Source: Puccinia triticina
Lineage: Eukaryota
DNA length: 64,000 bases
NCBI GenBank assembly: GCA_026914245.1
Contig: CP110440.1
Span: 3,286,001-3,350,000, forward strand
Reading direction: 5' to 3'
The notes under the pieces: model-generated
The model's input: only the letters and a program-made list of their open reading frames with translations
What the model was told of the DNA's origin: nothing
Database searches by the model: none
Translations under genes and position numbers: made by a program
Shown here: one piece after another, positions 35,493 through 48,622 of the stretch
Layout: each line of letters opens with the position of its first letter
How positions within the stretch are numbered: position 1 is the first letter of the stretch

Positions 35493-36547
35493 ATTGTGAG
35501 CCTGAGTCTCTTTAGTGACAGCAGGACACAAGAAAGAAAGGGGGAATAATTGGATTTCTTTGGATAAAGAAAATACAATTATGAGAGAGAGAGAAACTGA
35601 GCAGGATTAAGATGAGCAGATATTCAAGGTTATTCTAGTGGGAATGCACGTCCACTGGCAATGCTACCTCTTCAGAAGAGTGCTGCCAAGCTGTGCTAGA
35701 GAGTGCTACAGCCTCCTCTCACCAAAGAAACGTGGAGGGTCTCTGGATTAGATAAATTTAATCCAGCCACAATTTTTTAGCTTCCTTCTGGATAGTCAAG
35801 GTTCTTAAAGGGAAACCTAAGGGACAGCCCTTTAATCTGTTGGAATACAGGCCCAGGCCCGCAGCAACCAGCCAGGAAGCTAGCGCGGCTCAACCCAGAA
35901 ATAGACCCAGCCGGAGATAAAGGTAAGCCCTTTTCCCGAGCCCAGACCCACAGCCCTAACAGGCCAGACAGCTGATGTGTATCGCCACGTCGAACACAAA
36001 CAGTCCCAGCCGAAGTTAGAAACTTACCGGCCCAGAACAAACAAGCCCAAGCAAACCACAGAACCTTGTACGTTCCGGAGGATAGAGATCAACGGATTCA
36101 AACAGATAGCTGACTGAATCTCGTTCATACCTAGAACCCTCGCGGAACGACTCGGCACAAAGACCAGGCAAGAGCTACTCAGCAGAATCACGGAAGACAC
36201 CGATCACCGTAAGTTCCAGAGTAGCTCCCCAGACCAGACATAAACCAGAAACCGAGCTAAGTTGTTACGACGCTCGTGAAAACAGACAGATCCACAGCGG
36301 AACCTTTTCGCCAGGACAAAGCGAGATTATTCCAATAATCCGCCGTCTCAACAAACTCATAATCAACCACCAACAGCAGCGCACGCTCAAACCATTCCTC
36401 TCCTCCCTGTCATCTCCTACCCCAGACCAGCCATCAGGATCTCGTGTCCTGCCTTTAGGTACATAGAAACACAATCTACTTGTAATTACAAATAAAGTAA
36501 ATTGTACCTAACTGGAAATAAAACCTTTAGTTACTCCAATTCTTTCA

Positions 36548-36561
36548 GATTTACAGTCTCG
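36548..36561 (+). promoter_or_regulatory. Copia PBS complementary to the tRNA-Tyr(GUA) anticodon arm
   Basis: GATTTACAGTCT directly after the LTR CA is the reverse complement of AGACUGUAAAUC; there is no TGG. Confidence 0.75.
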
Positions 36562-36608
36562 GATCGCTCGACAGGACCACCTCAATAGGCAACTAAAGGC
36601 AGGCCGAG

Positions 36609-39600
36609 ATGGCGAACACGAGAACTCAGAGTTCTAGCGGCACGGATAAATCCACGCAACCGGTCGCCAGGAGTGACGCCTACAGCCCGGACAAAGATCA
36701 CGTCAACGTCCCCAAGTTCGACGGATCCAACTTCCCGCTGTGGGAGAGAAAAATAAAGATGCACCTCAGACCCCGACATCTTGAGGACTATCTAGAGGAA
36801 CCAATGTCAGAAGAACCAGATGATAACGAGCTTCAAGGCGCGCTGAGGACCTGTAGCATCTTAAGCGAAGCCATATCCAACGCGATCTTCACCAGCGTTA
36901 TCAACGATGATAACGAGCAGGACCCGCACGCCATCTGGACGGACATAAAAACGATTTATGCTTCCGACTCCCTACTCTCGGTATTCCAGGTATGGAATAA
37001 GTGGTTGGACATTCAGTACAACCGAGACATGAATACATACATTACCGAGATGGAGGAGAGCTTGGCCGAATTTAGTTCGCTCGGTCTGAAAGTTCCGGAT
37101 GTTCTAGTCGGCTGCGGCATCGTTGGCAAGATAACTAAAAGGCGACCTATGCTAATGCAAGCCTTGTTCGCTGACCTCAAAGCACTGGCGAAGCCAAAAG
37201 AAATCATAGCCAAGCTCAGAGACATCGGCCGCCACGAGACAGCCACAAAAAGGAAATTCGTTGAAGACTCAGACAACTCCACCACAGCTCTAGCCACCGG
37301 AACGAGTCGCAAAAAAAAACTCAACGACCGAAAAGAGGCGGTGGCTCTTCTGGTGGCAACATCATCAGATGTAGCGGTGGCAAACATAACCCCAAAGCAA
37401 CCACCCACACGGAAGACAACTGCTGGACAATCCACCCGTCCACCAGGCCTCCTGAACGACCTTTGCAAGACCAAGGACGCCCCGAAAAGAAACAACGAAC
37501 GTCCTACAACACCACCGTTGAGGAAGAAGAAGAGGAAGCCTACCATAGCGGTATCGTCAAGCCGTCGTTCACTTACAACATGACGACGCCGGAATCCCCT
37601 CTCTCTACCATATTGGACTCAGGGGCCAGCAACCATATGCTGAATTCCCTTCAATACTTCCTCGATTCAACCCCGGTCCACATCAATATTGTGACCGGCA
37701 GCGGCAGGTCGGAGCTAGCCGCGGTCGCTCGCGGAACGGCCCAGCTTCATCTACCCACCGGACAGAAGATCACGCTCCCAGACGCCCTTTATGTGCCTCG
37801 ATTGACCAGGAATCTGGTCTCCTTGGTTCAACTCATGAATCACCGCGTAGCCATCACAGAAAGGAGCGGATTCTCTGAGGTGGCGATCGACGACCAAAAG
37901 CCATTTAAAGTCAATCTCTTGAACGACTTGCTCGAGATCATCGGAGTCACCCCTTTGCCAACCAACTCAATCAACCTAAACACCACCGTATCGCCAATGC
38001 TCTCGGAGTACCAGAAGTGGCACAACCGTCTCGGCCACGCAAGCTCCGGAAGGATTGCACAAGTAGTACCAGACAAAATCGACTTGACCAAGACTCACGC
38101 ATGCGCAGCCTGCATGCAAGGAAAGTTGACCCGCTTGCCGTGCAACGGTACTTTCAAGGTTGTTGACGCCCCTCTTGCGGTAGTTCACGCTGACCTCGTC
38201 GGTCCGATCTCCCCCGCAACCAACAGAGGCGCGCGATATTTCCTCACCCTCGTAGATCAATTCACAGGCTACATACACACCGTCATCCTCAAGGAGAAAA
38301 GCCAAGCTACACAAGCCATCCTCGACTTTAAAACTTTTCTCGAGAAGCAAACCGGTCACTCGCTGAAAAAGCTCATTTCAGACGGCGGAGGCGAATTCGT
38401 CAACGGTACGCTCGGCGAATATCTCAAAGGCGAAGGCATACAACATAACATTGCTCCCGCCTACACTCCCCAAAACAACGGACTCGCCGAGAGAGCCAAT
38501 CGCACAATTATCGACATGACTAGGTGTCTCTTGATGCAGGCCAACATGGCCCCGGAATGGTGGGCAGAGGCAGTGCAGGCGGCCACAGCAACCACAAACT
38601 GCCTCCCCTCCCTCTCAAAAGGGAAAGTGTCACCGCTCGAGCAGATGCTCAAACTAAAGCCAAACATCGCCTTCTTTCGACCCTTCGGCTGCCGCGTTTG
38701 GGTGGTTAAGCCAAAACCCAAGAGAGAAACAAAATTCTCGGCTGTATCGTGGGAAGGTGTGTTACTCGGTTATGACAACGACTATTCGTCATATAAGATA
38801 TACCGCCAGCAAGACAAATCCGTCGTTACCGCGAAACACGTACACTTCGATGAGCTTAACTTCCCAGAATGCCCGGCATTGAGCAAAAGCTACACTCCGC
38901 TCGGACCAAACAAGATTCCAAGTTTCAAGTCGGACGATCCCCTTCCCTTCAGCGATGAAGAAAAATTACCCAAGGAAGCATCAGAGTCATCCGCAGCCGA
39001 GGAGCTTGCGGAGGAGGAACGGGACATCTCTACAATCCTTGAAGATCTCAGATCAAACAGCCCTTCTAGTCCTGGAGCTGCCGACGAACCCCGTCGGCCG
39101 GGACCCCCACCACAAGACCCAGGCCTCCCCGGCGGGCGGCGATACGTGTGGACGACTGCTCCCCCGCCCAAGGAGATCTCTAGTGGAATAGACCCCAATA
39201 ACATTGTTTCCGGGAAGCGAACTAGGCAAGCTTTCCTCATTGAGATAGAAATCGACCCCAAGACCCACAAGCAGGCCATGGCTAGCAAGGAAAGCGGACA
39301 ATGGCGAGAAGCAGAGAAGAAAGAAATCGCAAACATGATAAAGCACCAAGTTTGGATTGTTCGCCGCCGCCTCCAGAATGACAAGCCGATACCATCAACC
39401 TGGGCTTATAGAAGAAAGCTAGGCCCACTGAACGAAGTCATTGAATTCAAAGCGCGGGTGTGCGCTCAAGGATTCAGACAGGTGTACGGGCAACATTTCA
39501 ATGTAATTTACGCCCCAACGGGTAAAGCGGCGTCACTTCGACTGCTGATTTCATTCGCGGTCAACCACGGTCTCAAAATACATCAACTGGATGTGCGAAG

Positions 39601-40981
39601 CGCATTCCTCACATGCCCCCTCGATGAAACGGTAACCTTACTTCCACCTCAAGGATATGACTGCCCTCCCAACTCGGTTCTTGAGTTGAAGAAAGCAATT
39701 TACGGACTGCGTCAAGCGCCGCTCGTATGGTACAAGCGCCTAACGGCATACCTCAAGACTCTTGGATTCAACATCGCTGTCTCCGACCCCTGTGTATTCT
39801 GGAGGCAGGAGGAAAAAGGCAGGCCGGCAACCTGGTTGTTCGCCCACGTGGACGACATCGTAATAATCAGTAGGCAACCAGAGGTCTTCAAAGCTGAGAT
39901 GGAGCGGGAGTTCGAGATCAAATACCCCGGTGAAGCGGAGTTTCTCCTCGGAATGAACATCGAGAGGTTTGAAGGCGGCCTACAAATCAATCAAACGCAA
40001 TATGTAGAGCGAAAACTAGTCGAATTCGGTCTTGAAAAAGAGCACCCTTCAACCTGCCCCCTGAACCCAAGGGAGCGCCTCGCCAAAGCGACGGCCCATG
40101 AAGTTGAGACCTTCAGGAAGCTAAATGTCAATTACCGAGCGCTCGTGGGATCGCTCAACTACCTAAGCATCCTCACAAGACCGGACATTTCATTCGCGGT
40201 CAGCCAACTGTCCCAATACTTGGAGAGCCCCGGCATCAAGCACTACCAAGCGGCAGTACAAGTCTTCAACTATCTCTCTGGCACAAGACACGTCGGCTTA
40301 ACATTCAAGAAATCAGACGTCTCGAACTTACGAGCCTTCTCCGACGCCGACTGGGGCAATTGCCCTGATACTCGTCGATCAACCACAGGTTATGTGGTCG
40401 CAGTCGGAGCTCACCTAGTCAACTGGAAGTCCAGCAAACAACCAACTGTGTCCTTGTCTACAGCCGAAGCGGAGTATAAAGCCTTATCAGATTTGGGGAG
40501 GGACATCGCGTGGTTCGCGAGTCTCATAAAGGAAATCAAACTCCAACAATCAGTAGAAGACGTTGAAGTTTCTGTCGACAACAAAGGAGCTATAGATCTC
40601 GCCAACAGCGAAACTTCCCAGAACAGCTTCCTCACGAAGCACATGAACATCAGGCTTCATTTCGTACGCGAGTTGATTCTTTTCCGCCTCATCAAGCTTC
40701 GATACGTCAAAACCAACTCCAACGTGGCCGACTTCCTCACCAAAGCACTCGGACGTTCGGTAATCCGCCGATCCCTTGCGAAGATCGGAGTCATCCAAAT
40801 CTCCAACATTACTTCTAATCTCACGACTAGAAGCACGCGAGGCTGTTGGAATACAGGCCCAGGCCCGCAGCAACCAGCCAGGAAGCTAGCGCGGCTCAAC
40901 CCAGAAATAGACCCAGCCGGAGATAAAGGTAAGCCCTTTTCCCGAGCCCAGACCCACAGCCCTAACAGGCCAGACAGCTGA
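36609..40981 (+). CDS. Copia gag-pol (gag, knuckle, protease, integrase, RT, RNase H) with one -1 frameshift at the A9 run 37311-37319
   Basis: Gag PKFDGSNFPLW; CSGGKHNPKATTHTEDNCW lies in the pol frame; ILDSGASNHM; HNRLGH..CAAC; SDGGGEF; HVDD; FSDADWG. Confidence 0.95.
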
Positions 40982-42159
40982 TGTGTATCGCCACGTCGAA
41001 CACAAACAGTCCCAGCCGAAGTTAGAAACTTACCGGCCCAGAACAAACAAGCCCAAGCAAACCACAGAACCTTGTACGTTCCGGAGGATAGAGATCAACG
41101 GATTCAAACAGATAGCTGACTGAATCTCGTTCATACCTAGAACCCTCGCGGAACGACTCGGCACAAAGACCAGGCAAGAGCTACTCAGCAGAATCACGGA
41201 AGACACCGATCACCGTAAGTTCCAGAGTAGCTCCCCAGACCAGACATAAACCAGAAACCGAGCTAAGTTGTTACGACGCTCGTGAAAACAGACAGATCCA
41301 CAGCGGAACCTTTTCGCCAGGACAAAGCGAGATTATTCCAATAATCCGCCGTCTCAACAAACTCATAATCAACCACCGACAGCAGCGCACGCTCAAACCA
41401 TTCCTCTCCTCCCTGTCATCTCCTACCCCAGACCAGCCATCAGGATCTCGTGTCCTGCCTTTAGGTACATAGAAACACAATCTACTTGTAATTACAAATA
41501 AAGTAAATTGTACCTAACTGGAAATAAAACCTTTAGTTACTCCAATTCTTTCATAATCAAGATAAGGCAAAGGCCAGCAGTTATGGAGGGACAGCCCTGT
41601 GATCAAGAGAAGGCAAAGGCCAGCAGAAAGAACAGATCAAGCAAGACACAGAGTTGTACCTCTGAGATAAACAAGGTTCAGTGAAAAAGGTTACTTACTG
41701 TCAATATCCTAGGCGCCTGTGACGGTAGGTATACTGGGAGTGTTGTAAACTCTTTGGTGGTGATCCTGGGGTTATCTGGGGTGTGGTTCTGGTGTGCTGA
41801 AGTCTGTAGATCCGCCTCAGGCAAGGGGGATCCTGACTACGAAAATTTTCACAGTTTGCTTATGTAATTTACATATGTACATGTGGTTTGGCGCGCCTGG
41901 TAGCGCTGACACGTCACAACTGCGCAAGCGCGCCACAACTCAATAACTCAGGGAAGGAGTATAGTTACAATGAATTGATAAGTTGTAACTAGGGTTAAAA
42001 TTGCATGAGAAAACAGAATATGAAGTCAAAACAAGGTTATCTCTTAAGATGAAAAAGATATAAAGTAATTTATATGTAACAAAGGTAGAACAGGCAGCTT
42101 TTAGGTCAGATGTGATGACTCTAAGGCTGACATGCTGACTGGTTTCTGTATCTTACTAG

Positions 42160-45100
42160 TTATAACCTTGTATCTTTACCTAAAACTCTCTCTTTTTTAT
42201 CTTTGAGGATTTTATGCACTTTAAGTTGCTCCTTTGTAGGTGGTTCCTCTATTGGTATGGGCAGAGGTTTGGGGGCAGGTTCATTTTCTCTGTGAACATA
42301 TCTTTTTATTAGGCTCACTGGAAACACGGGATGTTTCCTGCTGAATTCCTCTGTAAGGATTACCTCCACTGCATTTTTACCATGTAAGTTTTTGATTACA
42401 AATGGTCCTACAAAGGCGGGTTTGAGTTTTCTACAACCGCCCAAATTGTTAAAATTTACCGTTGAAAGAAGGACTTTCTCTCCTATACGGAATTCTGGTT
42501 CTTTGTGACTCTTGTCCCACCGCATCTTACTGTACTCAGCCGCTTCTTGGACGCATTTGGCAGCATGTTTATTTGCGGCTTCCAGCATCTGTTTAAAGTC
42601 TAAAGCTGTAGGATGTGCTAGTGGCAATTTGTCATTAAGAGTATCTTTTGGTAGTATGGGAATCCAACCACTTTCTAAGATATACAGCGCTTCTTTAGTA
42701 GTAGAGTGTTTACTACTATTGTAGGCCATTTCTAGGGCTGGTAGTAAATTAACCCATTCATGTGTATACCCGTCACTATTTTTGAATTCTAGCCCAAAGG
42801 CGCAAAACCTTTGTAGAAGATCTTCTAGTGTCTGGATCATTCTTTCTGCTAGGCCATCTGTTTGTGGATGATACGCAGTTGAGAAGGCTAATTTGGTACC
42901 CAACATATCATGAAGATTTCTCCAGAATTCTGAAGTAAATTTTGGATCTCTGTTGCTGATAATGATTTTTGGGATACCCACATCAGCCATGATTCTGTTC
43001 CAGAATAACATAGCTACTTCCATAGCTGTATCATCTTTGTGATGTGGTATAAACCCAGCTCTGATAGAAAATCTATCTACTACTACTAGGACGGAGTTAT
43101 AAGAGAAAGCTCCTCCCGGTGGTAGTCCTGTCACAAAGTCCATGTTAATGATTTCCCACCTAGTCTTGGGTTCTGCTATTGTCTGCAATAATCCAAATCT
43201 TTTTCCAGTCTGTTTATTGGCTTTTTGGCATGTTTCACAGGATTGAACATATGCTTTAGTTTGATTTTTCCAATCAACCCACCAGGCTGTCTGTTTAATC
43301 CGTTCCAAGGTTCTATCCTTGGAGAAGTGACCTGCGCCCGCATTGTCATGGCATTCATACAGCATATTCTTAATGTGATTTTCTTTACTCAGGACTATCA
43401 CACTGGAATGTCTATGTCTAAAGTATATTATGCCATCTAACAGAGTAAACTGTCCTGCCTTGTATGGGGTTAATAGGTATTCTGGTAAGCTAGCAATCAA
43501 TTCTGGAGCACTGTTTTCATTATCCAGGATATTGATCAACTTGAGAAGTTCCAAATCTTCACTATAGCTGATTCTGACTTCTTCAAAGAATGCGTTGTCA
43601 ATGTCACATACATGGATGCCTAAAATGGGGAATACATCCTCATCTTCTAGATCATAGGCAGGATTATCTGGGGTATTAGGCAAAGCCCACCTACTTAATC
43701 CATCGGCATTAGTATGCTTGGCGCCAGCCCTATGGATAATGGTCATATGTCCTCTGTACTGTTGTATTGCAATCTGCCATCTGAGCATGTGACGGTTAGG
43801 CATTTTCATATTCATTAAAGTCCGTACTGCTATACAATCTGTAACTACAATGATTTTACAACCTTCCAGGTAATAGTGTAGTTTCTCTCGGGCCCATACA
43901 AGACATAAACATTCCATTTGACTGGCTCCATATCTCATTTCTGTTTTCCCGACTTGTCTAGAAATAAAAAGAACTGGTTTTTCCACTGGAATTCCATCAA
44001 TTATGAATTCCTGATGTAAAGCCACTCCTATGCCTTCAAAGAAAGCATCTATGTACAGTATAAATGGCAAAGAGTGGTCCGGTTGCGCTAGTACGGGGGC
44101 TGCAGTAATTAGCCTTTTTAATTGTTCATATTGCTCTACTCTCCCGTACGTCATCTCAAAGAAGATGTCTTTGCTACATAACTTGTATAGGCTTTTTGAG
44201 ATGTTTGCAAATTTAGGTATATGCTGTCTGTAATAACTACAGAATCCTAGAAATGACTGCATTTCTGTCATTGTCTGCAGCATGGGTTTAAGCAGAACTG
44301 TGGCTACTCCGTTCTGATCTATGGCTAGAGATAATCCAGAGACTATATGACCTAAAGCCTTGAGTTCTTGAAAACCAAAATTACATTTCTTGATTGACAT
44401 TTTCAAGCCTGCTGTGATAGCTGTACGGAGGACTAGACTTATTTTTTCTAAATGATCCTCCCAGTTAGTAGAATATATAATAATGTCATCTATGTATATC
44501 ATCATCCAACTTTGTCTAATAAAGGATCCAAATATTGTGTCCATCATACGCTGGAAGTGTGAAGGAGCATTTTGATACCAAATGGCATTCTCAAATATTC
44601 ATAAACTCCTAAGTGACAGATTATACGCATAAATTGTCTGCTTTCCTCTTTAATGGGTATTTGATGGAATTCTTTAAGTACGTCCATTGTGGTAATGTAT
44701 TTAGCTTTCGCCAGATTATGCAGTGAATGATCTATCCTTGGGATAGGATAATTATCTGCCTTGGTGTAATTATTGAGGGTTCGGAAGTCTCCTACCATAC
44801 GGGACTTTTTGTTATGCCATGCTATAATCACTGGCGTAGTTATTTCCACTTGTTCATTGTGGCCTACTTTTCTCAGGACTTTAAGCTCTAATAGTTCTTT
44901 GATGTGAATTTCTAGAGCTTCACAAGACTTAGGGCTCAAAGGATAAGCTGCTCTCCGTAACGCAGGAGGGTAAGGGGGTTGACACGTAAGTTCTATCTCA
45001 ATATCGTGTCCTGAGATATTCCCTATGGGTTCTTCTTTTGTACAGAAAGCTTCTTCATGCTCAAAGCAGACTTTTAACACAGCTGATTGTTGCTCCGCGG

Positions 45101-47324
45101 TCAGGTTACTACTAATGGCAGCTTGAGACATATAATCTTGTCGGAATTTCCTCAATTCTTTGTCTTCATGGTCTTGTCTCGGAGAGTTCTGAAAGCTGAT
45201 GTTACATATCTCAAACTTTTGTTTCCAATCACCACCTATTGTGTAGTATCTGCTTTTAATTTGGATTACATCTATTCCATACAAGCAGAATGTATCATTT
45301 CCAATGATGAGGTACTCACACACAGCATCTTCTAGGACTACAAATTCAACGTGTAGTCTCAAAGATCCTTTTGTGTGCGGGAAAATAAGAGGTAACTTAA
45401 CTATCCCTATTGGTTTGAGGGCTGAGTTACAACTGCTAAATTTAGCTTTGGGCGTGGGGAGAAGGTTCTTCCTCCAGTCAGGGTAACAAGAGTCTAGTAA
45501 ATTGGTACTAGTACAAGAACAAAATGATCCAATGTCTAAAAGAGCTCTAACTTCTTTCCCATCAAAGATAACTGTTGTATAGCTAGTTTTTCCCAGAGTA
45601 TAACTCATGCCTTCCTCTGGCTTATTTGTCATCAGTTTTGCATCTGATACGTGACCGATTCCTAGCGAGGAGTTCCATTTCTGTGGCAAATTGGAATCTC
45701 CTTGGATTACAGTGATATGCAAGGGATCACCCAGATCAGCTTGTATCACATTGCATTTGGCATTAATTTCAGGTTCATCCAAGCAATCTCCGATTTCAGG
45801 TTCCATACTGACAATGTCGAATTGGGAGCCAGTATTGGATAAATCGTCTTCTTCCGACTCCACTTCAATATTGTTGATTCGTTTACGGGGTTTAGGGCAA
45901 TCAGGTCTCTTATGGCCTTTCTCTCCGCAATTATAGCACTCAATACCAGCTGTTTTCCTGGGAGGCAGTTCTGTATTCTTTTTGTCTGTGGCCATGTTCT
46001 CTTTAGGAGCTAGATTACGCCTTTCTTTGTACGTTTTGGGTCTCCTGTCTAATTTCTTGGCCACAATAATTATTTCTATTGTGGCTACTAATTCAGACAA
46101 GTCAACGTCGGCATCTTTCAACCTGCACATTACATCATGTTCTAAGTGATTAGGGCACTTTTTCAAGATTTTCTTAGTGACAAATTTCTGAGCTGGTTGA
46201 TTATAGATACAATCAATCCTTTTCTTCTGACTCAGACACCATTTGTACGGATCATCTTTAGTAGGGTCAAAGAAATCATTCTCATATGCGGCTAGCATTT
46301 TATCCTCCCAGACATCTGTACCAAACTGTTTGTGGATCAATTTTTTCCATGCTTCCCAGCTTACTTTTCCGACAGATTTCTTTTTTCTGACGAACCAGTC
46401 TAAAGCTACGCCTTCAAACAGCCTTGGAAATCTGGAGGTTACTACTTCATCAGTAGCTTTGTAACATTCAAGGAGATGATCTACATAATTCATGAAGTAG
46501 ATATGATCATATTCTCCTTCTCCGGAAAATTTAGGCCATTCTTTCATTGGCGGCATTAGCTTGCATTTGGTTACTTCATCCAAACTATTCAAAAAAGAGG
46601 TGGTCTGTCTAGGTTGTTCTTGGTATGGTTGAGAATCACTAGCAGCATTTTGCTTGGGCGGAGCACTTGGTTCCTCTTCTTTGGGAGGTAAAGATCTCTC
46701 TTGGTGTTGAAACACTCTACTTCTGGTATTTAGCAGAGGATTGTTGAAGATGACTTCCTCCGTCTGAGAAGTTTCAGGGTCACGAATCAGGTGCGGGGGA
46801 TTTTGTATTCCTGCTACATTTTGTTTAAGAGTTTTTTTCTCCTGTTTCAGAGAGCTGATTTGCTCCGCAATAGAGATATTGATTTTATTCATAATCTCTT
46901 TCATGTTATCCTCTTGATGACTTACTAAATCTATCAAGATTTGTAACTGGGCAAATTGGTGGTCTCCACGCTCTCTGTTTTCTTTGATAACCTCAGTTTT
47001 TATAGTATTCAACAATTGACTTTTAAAGTCCTCCATACCAATATCAATATCAGTAAATTTATCTTGCAGACTCTGATTGATCTCAGCCTGATTTTCTAGG
47101 TTTGTTGTTACCTTACTGAGGTGATTCTTAACTTCTCCAATATCCTGGCGAAACTCAGGAATTTTAACAAAGTATTCTTGAGACATTTGTATTGCTCTGC
47201 CAGCAGCAGACTCAAGGGTGTTAATGATAGAAGTATGACATTCCACAATTTTTGGAGTTTGTAAATTTATATTGGTTACTAGAATTACTATGTAAAGTAG
47301 ACAAGTTTCCATACAAATTATCAA
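42160..47324 (-). pseudogene. Gypsy B gag-pol, disrupted
   Basis: CYNCGEKGHKRPDC; LLDIGS; frameshift in MPFGIK|NAP (~44570); YIDD; integrase MDFV..GLAER; TAA in the chromodomain at 42160-42162. Confidence 0.95.
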
Positions 47325-47348
47325 ACATGTGAAAAATAAAATCTCTAT

Positions 47349-47903
47349 CTACATCTGGTTGTAGGCTTGTTCCAAGGTGTTCTCTGCCTTCATGACTTGA
47401 GCCCATCTGCCGCGGTCTTTGCGGAGATTGTTGGATTGATTGGTGGGAGGATTCTTTTGTTTTTTCAAATTCTTCGCTGGAGGGTTGATTTGCTTCATCA
47501 CCGTCCAGGGATTCCACCTGTCGACCAAGGATTCTAGCTCTGGTCTAGTTAGATATCTCTGAGCCGCTTTTTGAGTCTCTTGCGCTTCGCGCAGTGCGGC
47601 TAGGAGCTCCTCTTTTGGAACCCCGCGCGCTTGGAGGGCTACGCAATTTTTCCAGTTCACCCGGTGAGCGTACACCAGATCCTTGATTAGTTGGATCTGT
47701 TCCTCCTCCAGCTCTTCTGGATTCTTTTTTGGAGCTCGGGCTTTCGAAGTGCTCGGAGCGGGGGTCTTCTTCTTGAACCAAAGAGGGATGGTACCTCCGC
47801 TTCGGTCGTATCCTCCGCCAATTGGTCCTCCGAGGATGGGGCTTGCTCGTTTTGGAGTAGGGAGAGGACCTTCGAGGTCGGGTCTGGAAGATCTAGTAGA
47901 CAT
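47349..47903 (-). CDS. Gypsy B accessory ORF (184 aa)
   Basis: Intact ORF with a helical core and WNPW motif, overlapping the gag-extension frame (47221-47517). Confidence 0.65.
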   Translation of the reverse strand: MSTRSSRPDLEGPLPTPKRASPILGGPIGGGYDRSGGTIPLWFKKKTPAPSTSKARAPKKNPEELEEEQIQLIKDLVYAHRVNWKNCVALQARGVPKEELLAALREAQETQKAAQRYLTRPELESLVDRWNPWTVMKQINPPAKNLKKQKNPPTNQSNNLRKDRGRWAQVMKAENTLEQAYNQM

Positions 47904-48622
47904 GTTTGATAAGTCTATTGTAGGTTTTTGATAAAGGAAAAAGGTTGACTAACCGCCGGTTTCTGGTTCAGAGTCGCTTATGTCAATGTCCGCGAGGTTC
48001 TCGGCGGGAGCTAATTCTATCTCAGCTGTGAAATAAAGAGAGATTAGTCAGTAATGAGGTTTAAGCGAGCAATTTTTCAGAAAAAAGAGTTACTAACGGG
48101 TATCTCTTGGTTGGCGGATAGTACCGGCAACGTAGTTCGGTTTTGGAGCCGGCACTAGTTTTACCAGAGAGCGGTCGTTAGTGTTATAAAGGGTGGGGAT
48201 AAAGAAAGGAAGAAAGACGTACTGGTCGGTTTCTTCAATGGCACGTCTACCTTGGATTTTGGCGTGGTAGAGGTCGACAAGGTCCTCTCGAACTGCGTCT
48301 TTTGAACCACTGTAGGTAAGAGGAATCAATGTTTATTTTTTGCTTGTCACCGATAAGGTAGAAAAGAGTGACTTACTCTCTCTTTCTCGGCGAGCCTGGG
48401 CTTTTCAGGCGTAGTGTGCGCGCAAGAAAAGTTGGAATCGAATTCGACCTTTGAGACTTTCTTTTTGTTCTCGCTCGATGCGGTCGGTAGCGATCTTGAG
48501 CTGCTTGGCGTAGGAAAGCTTCTCCCAGGCGGTAGGGACGTAATTCCTATCTCGTTCTTCTTTCTGTTCCTTAAGATAGCAAAGATATTATTGAATCAGT
48601 CCGGCGTTTCTCTGTAGCTCCA
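47687..48622 (-). pseudogene. Gypsy B multi-intron leader gene
   Basis: Exons 48622-48377, 48309-48223, 48154-48098, 48025-47954 and 47892-47687, with GT-AG introns of 67, 68, 72 and 61 nt, all phase 1. One continuous frame with two point stops (48590, 48407). Confidence 0.8.

Larger units (their letters stand above)
35838..41553 (+). mobile_element. Ty1/copia LTR retrotransposon, very young (5716 bp)
   Basis: 710-bp LTRs at 35838-36547 and 40844-41553 with one difference seen (36372 A / 41378 G); TSD TAATC; inserted in the gypsy A 5' LTR. Confidence 0.98.
26811..42132 (-). mobile_element. Gypsy/chromovirus LTR retrotransposon A (~9.4 kb own sequence, recent)
   Basis: TSD TGCTG; 3' LTR 26811-27727; 5' LTR 35495-42132 split by the copia; only about 4 differences seen between LTRs; PPT 27728-27742. 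Confidence 0.97.
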
